From positions 4,402,001-4,466,000 of the forward strand of contig NC_079170.1 in NCBI RefSeq assembly GCF_947568905.1: 64,000 bases of DNA, read 5' to 3'. Below the pieces are notes generated by a model. That model was not told the DNA's origin, ran no database searches, and saw nothing but the letters and a program-made list of their open reading frames with translations. Of this stretch, positions 13,499 to 26,444 are shown one piece after another; the first letter of the stretch is position 1; each line of letters begins with the position of its first letter. Origin of the DNA: Ostrea edulis (Eukaryota). The position numbers and the translations under genes were made by a program.

Positions 13499-13780
13499 AT
13501 CAAAATTGGTACCGTACAAGTTTTACATTATGACCCCTGGGTCGAGGCCTCTGCTGGTGGACTGTTGGTCCCCGAGGGTCTCTACAGCCCAGTTGCTAAG
13601 TACTTCGTTACTAGCTTGAAAATACGGATGTATATTTAATTGCTGTTATAAAATTTAGAAATTCATTTCAAAATTAAGGATTATCTCCCTCATGCATAGC
13701 TCTTATCCTTGGACGAATTTGGCTCCACTTTTTTGGCACGCTGTTTTTGGCTATATTTAGCTCTAAAACTTCATAGTTGA

Positions 13781-13824
13781 GCATCACTGAAGAGACATTT
13801 TTTGTCGAAATGCGCATCTGGTGC
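13781..13824 (+). ncRNA. Minimal type I hammerhead ribozyme
   Basis: Same core and stems as 13455-13498. Predicted cleavage after C13818. Confidence 0.88.
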
Positions 13825-14697
13825 ATCAAAATTGGTACCGTATAAGTTTTACATATATGATCTAACATTTGTACCATCTAAAATATACAACAGCCGGGTA
13901 AAATATAATGTCACATTCACCACCGTGTTGGCCTTTACTTTGACGAGTTACTGTATATATTTCAATATTACTTATTTCACGATTATGTATTGCTGTTGTG
14001 TGATGAAACTTCACGTCATCAATTATTTTGTAATTAAAGGAAAAATTAAAACTGAGACTGACTCTAGAAATTCGGACCGTCAGCATTTACTGTTTTGATT
14101 CGCATAAACACCGAGGGTTGGGCCCATATGTTTACATAGTGGTAGAAATTTCTAGCTTAATTGATAATTTAAGGCATTAATATATAATTTGTTTGTATAA
14201 TGGGGGCATGAAGACCTATCCTCATTAACAAAAACTTTATATTTTCCCGTATTTGTAATTTTCACATTTTCTATATGTAAAGTTGAAAAGATCACTCTCG
14301 AGTTACTGCTTGATATTAACAGTTATAAATGTCAAGGGTTTTATTATGTCAAAATAACATCCATCGACATCACTTCCGTGCACAGACCAGCTGATCGACA
14401 TGACAATTCAACGAAAGACAACTCGTATACTACTCGTAATTTACAACTAACTGGTCAGGTATTGCATTGAAAAAATAACATTTTGTGAATATTTTATTTT
14501 GTCGTTTTATCGTCCATTGTTTCTGAAATAGACAAAGATTTTGCATTGGTCCATTTCAGAGAGGGAAAGAAAAACCTGCATTGAAATATTATTTGTATAC
14601 ATAATCAAGGACGCACTAGACGTTTCTGACATTATCCCTGAAGTTATTGATATGGAGACTTCTTGTATGATTTTAAACATTGATTCACGTTTTTTAT

Positions 14698-14831
14698 TGT
14701 AGTAATATTATCACACTCAATATATCGGCCTGGTTACCTTAGTTATTAGATCCCCTAGCCAGTGCTTAATGCAAGGGTTCCGGGTTCGATACCCCATTCT
14801 CCTAATATATTTTCTTTCTTTCTTTGCTACA
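14698..14831 (+). mobile_element. Diverged solo LTR with tRNA-like sequence, related to the 63-kb TRIM
   Basis: TGTAG...GCTACA ends; ATATCGGCCTGG and GCAAGGGTTCCGGGTTCGAT match the 63-kb LTR. No matching TSD. Confidence 0.5.
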
Positions 14832-15970
14832 ATAATGTCAATTTATACAATACTTTACATTTTTATTTGCAACAATATTCAACTATCAAAATATGCTAAA
14901 TCTACAAACAATATGGCATTATACCCCAATCTTTTGTAGAAAAGATGTATAATGCATGTAAATTGAACGTGAAATGTCACGATTAATTTTATATTATTAA
15001 GAAACGTAGCGTATTTTCTCAAAATCGTATTCAAAAACACACTGGAGATGTGAACATCCGGATTGTGTTATAACACTGCAGATTGAATTACGAAAGCTAG
15101 GCATTATCATGCACCCAATCCTGTGGATAATGAAGTGAGTTATTTTCGAAAGTCATGCACATAATTCAAATAAAAAAAATAATAATATTTATAGATCATT
15201 GCACAATGTTCTGAATCTTCCCGGTATTGTTGGAGTGTCTCGTCCTCATACTCAGAATTTTGTAAACCTTCTTTTGAGTCCCACACTGAAATACTTAATG
15301 ATATTGCTTCTACGCAGTCAGTCACCTTCAAAAAAAAAGATCTTGTTAGAAAGAAAAGAATTTATACGATTGTCAATTTCTTTAACAATGAGACATCCTT
15401 TGATATATGGACGGCATATACAACGTGTTGAAAATAAAGGGTTGGATATGTTTTGTGTCCTTACATGTATCAGAATTTGAATGTTGACGAGTGTGTACCA
15501 CGTTGTTATATACAAGTTGTCAGATTCTATGTCATGTTTTGTAGAGGAGTCCAACTGTCAATTAGAAGGTTTGTCAAAAAAACCCAGTGTCGATGGATTA
15601 TTTGTCGATGAGTGATCAGGAACCACGAAATAACACATATGACCGGTCGACAGTGAAATGACCTGGGATCTGTTATTGTCATACTCTTAATTTTGTATTC
15701 TTTATATCATTGCTTTTAGATTGATGTACGTTATTTTTATTTTTCATAGGTCGCAACAACAATCAACAAACATCTGCCGAACAATACAATATTGTAAAGA
15801 TTATATCCTCATTCTCGAGGGAAAACTCTTGTATTAAGAATGTATGATGAATTTGGGATATTTGAAAAGAATAGAGACGGTTCATATTGCCGTAAGTTAT
15901 AAATAGTATTGGCAAATGTGTAGTATTGCCCAGTGATGTGTCGCCCTAAACTTTAATTTTTTTTATAGTT

Positions 15971-15974
<4 letters not shown>

Positions 15975-16043
<69 letters not shown>
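15975..16043. repeat. (TC)n microsatellite
   Basis: Direct inspection. Confidence 0.98.
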
Positions 16044-16046
<3 letters not shown>

Positions 16047-16080
16047 ACATTGATTTAGGCATTGTTGTGTATACCGGAAC

Positions 16081-16163
16081 TGTCACGACCTGTTTTAACA
16101 TTTAGGTCTTTCTCGGCCGGGATTCAAAACCCAACTTTCCGCATGCTGAGTGAACGCTCTACC
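16081..16163 (-). mobile_element. tRNA-derived SINE head fragment
   Basis: Minus strand GGTAGAGCGTTC...GGGTTTTGAATCCCGGCCG, degenerate A/B boxes. Confidence 0.5.
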
Positions 16164-17985
16164 TTAAGACTACAGAAAATTCATAGGATGAGGTGAATAC
16201 TCCAAGTGAAGCTAGCAGTAACAAGAAAATAAGAACAACAAAATCTATTTGTAACAAGAGATTCAGGCTCAAAGGATACCCATTTGGAGAGTTTAGAAAA
16301 GTGATGAATTTTTGTTTATGCTCTATACATTCTTCGGTTTGTATGAAGCTTATTAAACGAAAAATCAGATAGGTTTTCATTTGACTTTTTGCCATGTGTA
16401 CTCTGAAATAACTTTCAAATTTAAAGTTGTTTACGACATTATTTCCACACCCTTCCATACCATGCAATAACTTATAGAATGTGAACTTTATAGCCACGCC
16501 TATTCATATGACAGACATATACTAGTATGGGGAATTACTTGTTTTTAGTCATCAAAGAAAATACACCGTATCAATGCCACAATGTAATGTACGGAAGATA
16601 GATGATGTAAACACTGACAGCAGGTAATAAACGTACGCTTTTACAGTCAAATACTCTCATTTGACATTACATTTTTTTTACAAAAATTATAGGTTTTGAA
16701 GTGATGACATATCCCATGGAAACGAATTCCATTCAATAATAACAACTGACCTCAACAATGTATTTGTCGCATTAAACAAAACGATAGATGTGTTTAACAG
16801 TCACTCTAGTTTGTGTAGTATTTTAAGTCCCATTTGATAAGTGTTCCCTCATGTAGAATCAATGCCAGCTTTCGTTGACGTACCACACGTTGTGAACTAC
16901 TTAGGGTACTCGGGACAGTAGTGGTGGTGGTTCTTTATCGCGCCAACACCTTAGTGTAAACATTCACAGACAGAAATATGATATATGTAATCCAATATCC
17001 ACTCAAATAAAGTTTAAAAGAATGAAATTAGAAAAAAAACATTCGCGTTCAATAACCTTGTGGAACTAGTGGAGAGTGCGATATGGAAGTCAGATATAGG
17101 CCGTACATTTGTCAAGATCAAAACATGGGCTTTATTGAAAACGCTTTGTTTACAAAATATGCACTATCGAACGCACTGCTTTTGAAGGACAGTTTTTTAA
17201 ATAACAGTCGACTAGTTTAATCAATATCAGATGCACAGATGGTGTGTAACATATCCTGCTGTAAAGTGTACCACGTTTGAGTTTGAAATTGTCCAATAAA
17301 CACCATACACTGTGCTTAAGGAAAGTCCGTGCTTTTACGTATCCGGTTTTAAATTTTAAACACCGACTAGAAAGTTCCAGTTATAACTTCTTTGTTTGAT
17401 GTTTGTAGTTTACGAGAACTGTACGAGTCAAATTTAGCATTCAAATGTGAATCTTAGATATATTTACCATGAATTATTATAGTGTGAAGTCCTCACTTGC
17501 TCCAATGGTACAAAGCAATGTAATATCTACATTGAAAGGCTCATAGGCTTAAAAGGCTCATAGCTTGCAATCTAAGCCTGAACAAGTTAAAAATCATACA
17601 TAGGCGTGATCCTCACAGTGGAATTCACACTGAATTTTAGGGAGTGTGTTTGGTTCAAAGAAACCCAGAATTATAAATCCTCAGAAAATCATCAACAAAG
17701 TTGTTGAATATTTGAACTCTTCTTCACAAGTACTTTCAAGAAACAAAATTATTTGTACATGAGCTGTAGTTGCTAGAATCTACATATATGTACACTATAT
17801 TTATTTTTTCTATAAATATGAGATAGCATGTATGTATTTTTATGTATTATATGATTGATAGCCAAACAAAAAAAGAATAACACACACACCAAAAAAATTG
17901 TGAGAAAAAGGAAGGGGTGGGGGTGCACCCCCCCCCCACTCCTTGTGTTCTAATTGTCTGGTAGGACAAAATTTTCAGTATGTTT

Positions 17986-17988
<3 letters not shown>

Positions 17989-18026
<38 letters not shown>
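17989..18026. repeat. (AT)n microsatellite
   Basis: Direct inspection. Confidence 0.97.
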
Positions 18027-18029
<3 letters not shown>

Positions 18030-20600
18030 CATATTCTGTTAATCTTGATTTTAAGACTGTATTTGCTGTTACAATTTACTATTTTCAAAGTGTGCAAAGA
18101 ATAATTGTAAAACTTAAATTTAAAAATGGGGGTTTACATATTCAAGAGACCATTTTGCAGAATATCTCTGGTCAATTATGGTAAAATATGTTTTTTTCTT
18201 AACCTTAGATATAATTCTAAATATTTTTAAAGAAAAACTGGCATGTAAACAATTTAGATTTTGAGAATTTTTCAAAATTGCGATATTCTGTGATTTTTTT
18301 CTGAAGGATGTGAGCAGATTAAACAGCAATTGTGTATGTTTTCAATTGAATATCTTTAAAAATTCTCTCAGTAAATGAATAGCTATTGGTTTTTATATAT
18401 TAGAGCTTAATATGATGTGCTTTGGTGCATATTTTAAATAAAACATGAGATAATGCATTCTTGTGTTAGAATTTGGCTTTTGCATTTGGGGGTATATGTG
18501 CTCTGTAGCACATAGTATAAAAATAAACCTGCAAAGGTATGTCTTATATGGGCTTTTTAGTTAGTTTATGAGTTGTTAAAGTTATTTAAATGGAAAAAAA
18601 ATTGATTGACAGAAATTTCTAATAGTATTTACCTACCTTAAGTTTAAACATCCTCACCATAAAAGAAGTAGGAGGTGGTCAGCATGCATCTATTCCTAGA
18701 CTTCTGATTATTAGTATTATGCTAAATCTAAAAATGTTGAATATGATAACATAAAAGCGAGGTATATACATGTACACATGAATGGAAATTAAGATACATA
18801 TATTTTGTTGAGTAAACCATATGTTATAAATAAATAAGAAATGTGACACATTAGAATTCATATACAAAATTAGAATTTATTATTTACCTATAGAATACGG
18901 TATAAGCAGTCAGAATAGTTTAGGTTGCTTTTTCTGAACATCATAAATGAACTTGAGCATGGATTGTCGTGCATTTCAGAATATGTGTCCAATTCGCTGT
19001 TTTATTGCCATATACCCCTGTGTGTCTTTGTGAAAACTGGAGCTCGGCAGTGCTTGTGATTCCTTGTTATTAATATTGATGTTAATCGTAAATAAGCTCC
19101 TCTACTGAAATGAAACACTGTACTGCAGTTAACACTAATTCATATAGTATCAAGTTCATCAGGGTAGACTCAGAAAAACATGGGCCCAATGACAGTATGT
19201 GTTTGATTTTGAATAATATTAGTGTATTGAACTAAATTTTGCTTAACATTCTTTTATTTTGATTGATTGTGATTCAATGTTAAAGTTTACATTTAAGCAT
19301 TAGTTTAATACTCACAATGAACTTGCTAGTTATTGCAGACATATTCCGCCTCTTGAATTGCAAAGCTAGGAAATCAAATACACCAGCATAGGGTACCTCT
19401 TGATTGTCTTTCTTATATCGAATTTTACAATAGTAGAATGTTTGAAATGAACTCGCGTCTGACATGTTACGAAAGGGTATGCTATGAAATTGAGAATTCT
19501 GTTACATACTGTGCAAAAAGAAAAACGACGAGGGTCGTGTCCTTTGAAATAATGAATTTTTAACATTCAATTCAAGGTAATTGACCCAAATATTGAAACA
19601 ACAATTATTTTGTTTATTCTTACTTTGTGGATATTTTGTAAATAATTTCCCTTTTCAAAGCAGAACTTAGAAGAAAAAAATTCGGAAACTGTGAATTTCA
19701 ATTTCAGAACTCTTAAACATCCATACCTCCAATATTAAATGGCTTTATATACAATCTGAAATCACATGTGAAAATTTCAACCAGCAGGCATGTTCAAGAA
19801 GCTATCTTAGGGCTAAGCTATGTCCGAAGTATATTTTAGGTCAGTTACTTGAAACCATGCAAAATCTTAGGCCTCGCTATACGATCGTCCTAACTTTAGG
19901 ACAGGGAAAATAATCTTAAGTTTGTAAACATGGCAACATTCATTATAGTGACTTTTGTAAATAGGAAAAAATCTGATTGAAGGTGTGTATGACAGTCATT
20001 TAAATTTCATGAATGTGGTATCTAAATTAGCTGCAATATATAATGTAGCCTTCTCCAACTTCTTTTTGGGGGACTACAAGTCGTTAGGATCTCCGTCAAT
20101 GTGCAGATGCGGAAGCGATTCACTCCCGCGACATTTTGATCATTCTAAACATTTCCTGGTTTTCTATGTTTAAAAAGAGTAATTTAAAATTGAAATATTT
20201 GAAAAAACATTATATAGATATACACTAATCATCCTTAGTCTGAATTCCAATTTGGAATGTTTTCCACTGATAATTTATGCTTATATCATTTTATGTCGTA
20301 TTAACCTTCCTCAAACCATACTGAATCATAATGTAAGTGTTTCATTCTCACACATCTCACTCAACATATTGACAAGGTCGTGTTCCTACATTATGAGGAG
20401 AAAAGTGTTCAGGTCTATCGAATGATAAAATAATCACAAAATCTATAATCTAATGTTGCAATTTAAGGCACGAAATATTCTCATCAGGAGTCATGCATGG
20501 TCAGTTAAATTTTGCATTTTGTAAAATAAAAGCTATATAAATAAAAACAAACTGCTACTCGAAATATTTACATGTTGAAGTTTGCAGGGAAACGCTAAAA

Positions 20601-21405
20601 ATGTTACAGGTGCTTTATCTGCTGATTTGTATGGTTGCCTTGTCTCGATCTGACTGTCCGTGTAAGAATGAAATAAGAAACTACAACATCTGCACGAAGT
20701 CTGCCAATTCATGTGGTCTTCACCTCAGCGAATTTGAAGAGTGTATAAAGAACAGATTTACTTCAATGGAGACCGAATTGACAACTTTGAAAACATATCT
20801 TCCAGGTCTGTTTAATCAATATAAATGTACAATTTTAAAAAAAGAAAATCCTGCTCTATGATTTTATTTCATGAACTTTCATGAAAATGTAATTTTTAAT
20901 GGGCACCCATTTGAAACAAGCATTAAGTTTTAAGATATTTTAACATGCTGTTAAATTTAACTTTGTGGTCTAAATCATGTTGTTCAAACATACAGGTAAA
21001 AAGCCTGTCTCTTTCATGGCTCAACCATCCTCAAGGTTCAAATCTTCGTCTGGGAAGTTTCTTAAATTTGGAAGAGTTACAACCAATAAAGGGAACGGAT
21101 ACGACGGCAAGACTGGTGTGTTTACCGCCCCTGTAGCAGGAACCTACTCCTTTACTCTTACCATCGGTATGCCTACACCCTCCAGCACGTCAGACTACTT
21201 GAGGTTACATATACTACATAACAATTATCAAGTTGGATTTTGGTGGACTCCATGGGTGGGAAAGTGGATTAAAATCTCCGAAAATATTCTTCTTGACATG
21301 AAGAAGGGAGACAACGTACGCATCAAGGTGTACTCATGGCCAAAAGAGTTTCAGTATATCGGAGGTACAACCCATTCCAACTTCAATGGTTTCTTAATAC
21401 AATGA
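20601..21405 (+). CDS. Secreted C1q-domain-containing protein, two coding exons (20601-20805, 20996-21405), 204 aa
   Basis: Exon 1: signal peptide plus short helical/coiled region. The phase-1 GT..AG intron joins G+GT to give Gly. Exon 2: C1q motifs F.RV.TN.GNGYD..TGVFTAPVAGTYSF and HSNFNGFLI. AATAAA follows the stop. Confidence 0.9.
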
Positions 21406-21657
21406 AGGAAACATTTACATAATGAATCTGAAATGAAAATTGATAAATAAATATCTGACCAGCATCAGTTTAATTGTTTTAATCAGTTGCTTTATCTCGA
21501 ACATAACAGTGATGTGTCACTGAAAATGAGTAGCCCTCATCAACATTTTTCCTATTACTATCATAACCTTTGAAATAAGTTCTTAAAGCATTGCCATCTA
21601 ATTATCTTCACGTTATCTTCTAAACAATATCAGCGTAGTTGTTGCCATTTGCGCATT

Positions 21658-22443
21658 GATATTCATATGAAGCAGAATTTATTCAAAAACTTCTACGTGA
21701 GAAGAAAGAATCTCTCGCGGTGACCTTCAATTCGACTTTTAGATATATCGATGACGTTCTGTCTATTAACAATGATAGCTTTCATTCATATGTCGATTTG
21801 ATATATCCCTGTTAGCTCGAAATAAAGGACACCACAGAGTCGTCCACTTCTGCTTCATACTTAGATATTTTATTGCAAGTAGACATTAACGGCAAACTAA
21901 CAACTCAACTGTATGACAAACGGGATGATTTCAGCTTCTCCATCGTCAACTTCCCACATTTATGTAGCAATATTCCATTATCACCTGCATATAGTGTTTA
22001 TATATCTCAACTGATTCGATATGCAAGAGCTTGTTCTGGGTATAGTCAGTTTTTAAATCGAGGTAAGCTACTGACAAACAAGTTGATGGTACAGGGATTT
22101 CAACAGTTTCGATTGAAGTCAGCATTTCGCAAATTCTATGGTCGTTATAACGATCTAGTTCGTCAATACAACCTCGCATTGGGTCAAATGCTGTCTGACG
22201 TGTTTCATACCGATTGTTAAGCCGTTCTTCGCACACTGATTTTGACTGCGGATAACTCCGTTTACCTGATCAGGATATGGGGCTCACGGCGGGTGTGACC
22301 GGTCAACAGGGGATGCTTACTCCTCCTAGGCACCTGATCCCACCTCTGGTGTGTCCAGGGGTCCGTGTTTGCCGAACTATCTATTTTGTATTGCTTGTAG
22401 GAGTTATGAGATTGATCACTGTTCGTTATCTTCACCTTGCATT
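21658..22443 (+). mobile_element. 5'-truncated Penelope-like retroelement, RT at C-terminus (Naiad-like), with 3' UTR
   Basis: FRYIDD (YIDD at 21744-21755), YDKRDDF and thumb domain. In-frame TAG at 21813. The ORF ends at 22220 with no C-terminal GIY-YIG. Confidence 0.75.
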
Positions 22444-22626
22444 GAAGAAAATATGTAAAGATATACCGTAAATCTTAATATTTTTGCGTCGATTTATTTT
22501 TGCGAATTTGAGTAAAGAGCCTATATATTTATTTTCATGTTTCTTATTTTTACGAATTAATGGTGGAACTATGCTGCATTTTCAATTAAAAGCACAGGTC
22601 TTTCCTTTCTATTAAAGTAAAATTGA

Positions 22627-22763
22627 CGACCATAGAATTTGCGAAATGCTGACTTCAATCGAGACTGTTGAAATCCCTTTGCCATCAACTTGTTTGTCAG
22701 TAGCTTGCCTCGATTTAAAAACTGATCATACGTAGAACAAGCTCTTGCGTATCGAATCAATTG
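22627..22763 (-). mobile_element. Inverted fragment of the same Naiad-like RT
   Basis: Encodes LIRYARACS..QFLNRGKLLTNKLM..GFQQSRLKSAFRKFYGR, near-identical to part of 21873-22220. Confidence 0.85.
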
Positions 22764-22779
22764 TCAAAATCGCATTGAT

Positions 22780-25040
22780 CGAAAAGGTATAAATCTATCA
22801 AGAAGGGTGCAGACTAAAAGTGAAATTAAAACTTTTAACAAAAGGTTTGAAATTTACCCCTACTCCAAAAAGTAATCACCAGGAAATGAAAAGAGATATC
22901 AAAGAATATACACGGATATTAAGAGTGGTCGAGTTCTTTCAAAATTGTGAAAGTGATGATGACCATGCTAATGAAACAAATTTGGTTAAAAATAAATCAA
23001 GCTTTAATCCAAAGAAAGGGCGTAACAGCGTATTAGACATAGTATGTGATACGTTGCAAAATTATCCATTGAATGAAAATAGTAGTGTGAAGGCCATTCA
23101 AAATATTTCAACAAAAGAAGAGGATGATGCTTTAAAACATTTCTCAAATGATAAACAATCGTTATAAAAGAAGCTGATAAGGGTGGTGCTGTAGTCGTAA
23201 TGGATTCAAATTACTACAGAACACAAATCAAGCAGACACTTACTAATACGGAATTCTATGCAGCAATTAACAAAACCCAAGATATAAAGGTCTTACAAAA
23301 CATTAAAAAAAACTGTTAAACAAATATCCGTCGTCACTTACCGAAAATGAACAGGATTTGGTAACAAACTTTGAATTTACAGAGATTTGTTTTTATGGGT
23401 TACCGAAAGTCCATAAATCGGAAATGATCAAACAGGCAATAAAAACTCAAAATTCCGAGTACATCACCTGTAAAAAATCCAGAGGATCTCACATTCCGTC
23501 CAATTGTAGGAGGACCTTTAGCGCCGACTCAACGTCTTAGCAACCTTTTAGATATTGTTCTCAAACCTTTGTGCTGCGAAGTCAAAAGCTAGGTTCATGA
23601 TGATCTGGACTTTTTACGGCATCTACCTAACAATGTGGGGATCAATGATAAATTAGTTACTCTGGGTGTCGTAAATTTATATTCGAACATAACCAGCACA
23701 CTTGGACTCCAGGCATCAAGTTTCTGGATCGACAAACAGAGAGAAAAAAATTGATAGCCGTTTTGCTAAAGAATTTTTAATAGAGGCAACAAAATTAATT
23801 TTTAAAAATGACACTTTCAATTTTGATGACAAACACTTTCAACAAATCAAAGGTACCGCCATGGACACCACAATGGCCCCTACATACGCTACCTTAACGC
23901 TCAGGGTTTTAGAGGTACTTATGTACGAGCAAATTCACGAAACATTCGGCGAAGAACTTTGTGAAAATACCAAACGTCACTGGAAAAGATATTTAGATGA
24001 CTGTTTCATTATTTGGAATTAGAGTGATGAATATCTGACAAAGTTTCGTACCATTCTAAATAATATAGATCCAGATATAAAATTCACGGTCGACCAGAGT
24101 TCCACGAGTATTCCATTCCTTGAAGTACTGGTTACTAAACAATATGATAGATTAACAACAGACATATACTACAACTGTACAAGAGTATGGATACGCATCG
24201 ATATCGTCACTTTGGATCATCTCATCCCAGACACACAAAGCGTTCTATTCCGTGCAACCTAGCTAGGAGGATTTGCACCATAGTCAGTGATGAACACACA
24301 AGAGAAGAATGTTTACATCAACTTGAAATTTACTTGACAAAACAATATTACCCTAAAAACATAAATAAAGATGAAATAAAGAAATCCAAGGCGCCTAACA
24401 GAGAAGTTATCAACCTGCCTCCACGAAACCATGTAGATTCCAAAATATTACCATTTGTAACCACCCATAACCCAAAAAACCTTAATACGACTCCTGTGGT
24501 TCATCAACTTAATAATATTCTGAAATCAGATGAAAAGATGACATATGTCCTCCGAAATGACAAATTCATTAACAGTAAAAAAAAAACATCTCCGTAGAAT
24601 ACTATGTTCATCTAAATTTCATAGAAAATCCGATTTCCGAGTCAACAGATGCAAAGATCCCCGGTGTGGAACTTATCCATATATAAAGGAGGGACAAACT
24701 TTCAATTTAAACGGAAAGGAATTCACCATAAATGCGGATATGTCTTATGGCTCTAAGAATTTGATATATGTTATTATATGCAAGGTGAAGGTAACGAATG
24801 GGTGTAGACAAATCTATATCGGAGAGACAGGAACAACTCTTAGAGCGTGTACAGAATTCGTGTACATAAGCAACACATTCAAGTACCTGAATACCGTAAA
24901 ATAAAACTGAGTGAACATTTAGTCGTGTGTGGAAATAGACATTTTAACGTTTTTCCTTTTTACAAACTTTTCACGGACAATTTAGTGGAGAGGAGAGAAA
25001 AATAAAAATATTTCATTCGCTCATTTAGACCTATGCTTAA
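22780..25040 (+). pseudogene. Degenerate Penelope-like element with RT and C-terminal GIY-YIG endonuclease
   Basis: Fragments in changing frames: LLTKGLKFTPTP, ADKGGAVVVMD, FYGLPKVHK, GTAM, WKRYLDDCF (YLDD 23990-24001), HPRHTKRSIP, C..PRCGT, LIYVIIC..IYIGETG. Many stops and frameshifts. Confidence 0.88.
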
Positions 25041-26152
25041 GAGCTTGTCTACGAGAAAACAATGCATGCAAATATATAAAGATGAAGGAAATGGTGATCA
25101 TCAATATTATTTCTAATCACCTATATCATTTGAGCATATGGTTGGCATAATTATAATTTGAGGTCAATTTATCGATAGGTCGTTTCTATTTTTAGTAACA
25201 GCGCAGTCTTTGAACATAAGAAAAATCCTTAAATATTAGGGTTTTATCTTTTCAAAAATGCAAATCAATTCTGAAGACTTATGAAAAGAATTGAATTTTA
25301 AAGATATTTCCATGTAAACCATTTATGTAGAAAACATGTTTGACATCATAAGTGTCCATATAGAGATTTCATGGAGCCTGTAATTTGGCATTGTGCCAAA
25401 CTTTTTCATATCGTGTTATATTGTCAATTTTGAAATAGATGTTGCTGCAAAAGTAACCCTTAAATTACTTTAAAAGTGTATAATACTTGAATATCAAATC
25501 CTTGTCTGTAAAATATTAAAAAATCCTATTTTGGACTCTTGGCCGTTCATTTGCAATTAAAATCTAAAAACTGACAAAAATGCAATTTACCAAAATCTGG
25601 AATCGTACCAAATTTGTGACCTTTGTGCACTTAAACGGAAGTAAAATATTAGAGTCTCACTAAACAATATGAATGTGTATATCCAGTTGTTTTACAAACT
25701 GTGTAATTTTTTTAAAAATCATTAACCAGTCAGAATTTTTAAATAGAAAGGGTAAAATATACATAATTTTACCCTTTTGTCAGAACAAAAGTGCTATTTA
25801 TAGTAACATGGCTGCAAATGCCTGTCCAATGACTACATTCCCGAAAAAAATATGCCAAAGTATTTGATTTTGATGTACTTTATTACACTCAAAATATGTT
25901 GTTGATCCGACAACCTTGCTTCCATCACATTTTGCATGATTTTCTCGTAGACAAATAGGTTAATGTAAAGTCTTTGTATTACGTCACAATAATACGCTCC
26001 AAATTACTCCCTCTGTATTGTGACGTCATTATATTGTTAAAGTTATAACAACGAAATTTGTTTTCATAATGTAAAACGTCTGAAGATTTTTTAAAAATGA
26101 AAGCGCTTACGTTTCACAATGTGTTGTCATATTTCATTTAATATTTTACCGA

Positions 26153-26160
<8 letters not shown>

Positions 26161-26217
<57 letters not shown>
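26161..26217. repeat. (AT)n microsatellite
   Basis: Direct inspection. Confidence 0.97.
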
Positions 26218-26219
<2 letters not shown>

Positions 26220-26254
26220 AAATTGTGTTTTTAAAAAATCACAGTGTCCGGTAT

Positions 26255-26444
26255 NNNNNNNNNNNNNNNNNNNNNNNNNNNNNNNNNNNNNNNNNNNNNN
26301 NNNNNNNNNNNNNNNNNNNNNNNNNNNNNNNNNNNNNNNNNNNNNNNNNNNNNNNNNNNNNNNNNNNNNNNNNNNNNNNNNNNNNNNNNNNNNNNNNNNN
26401 NNNNNNNNNNNNNNNNNNNNNNNNNNNNNNNNNNNNNNNNNNNN
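26255..26444. other. Assembly gap (190 N)
   Basis: Run of N. Confidence 1.

Larger units (their letters stand above)
13184..13853 (+). mobile_element. Non-LTR retrozyme: about two tandem ~351-bp monomers, each with a hammerhead
   Basis: Period 351 (13187 vs 13538). The second unit has a 25-bp deletion. One hammerhead per unit. Confidence 0.85.

Noticed and set aside
21813-21815. Selenocysteine recoding in the Naiad-like RT (known for some clam Naiads)
   Set aside because: The in-frame stop is TAG, not TGA. The TGA in the DIRS gag (49270) is best explained as CGA>TGA decay.
22400-22440. Hammerhead-like GTGAAGA-TAAC-GAAC on the minus strand at the Naiad-like end
   Set aside because: Two core deviations, no stem II, and no convincing stems I/III.
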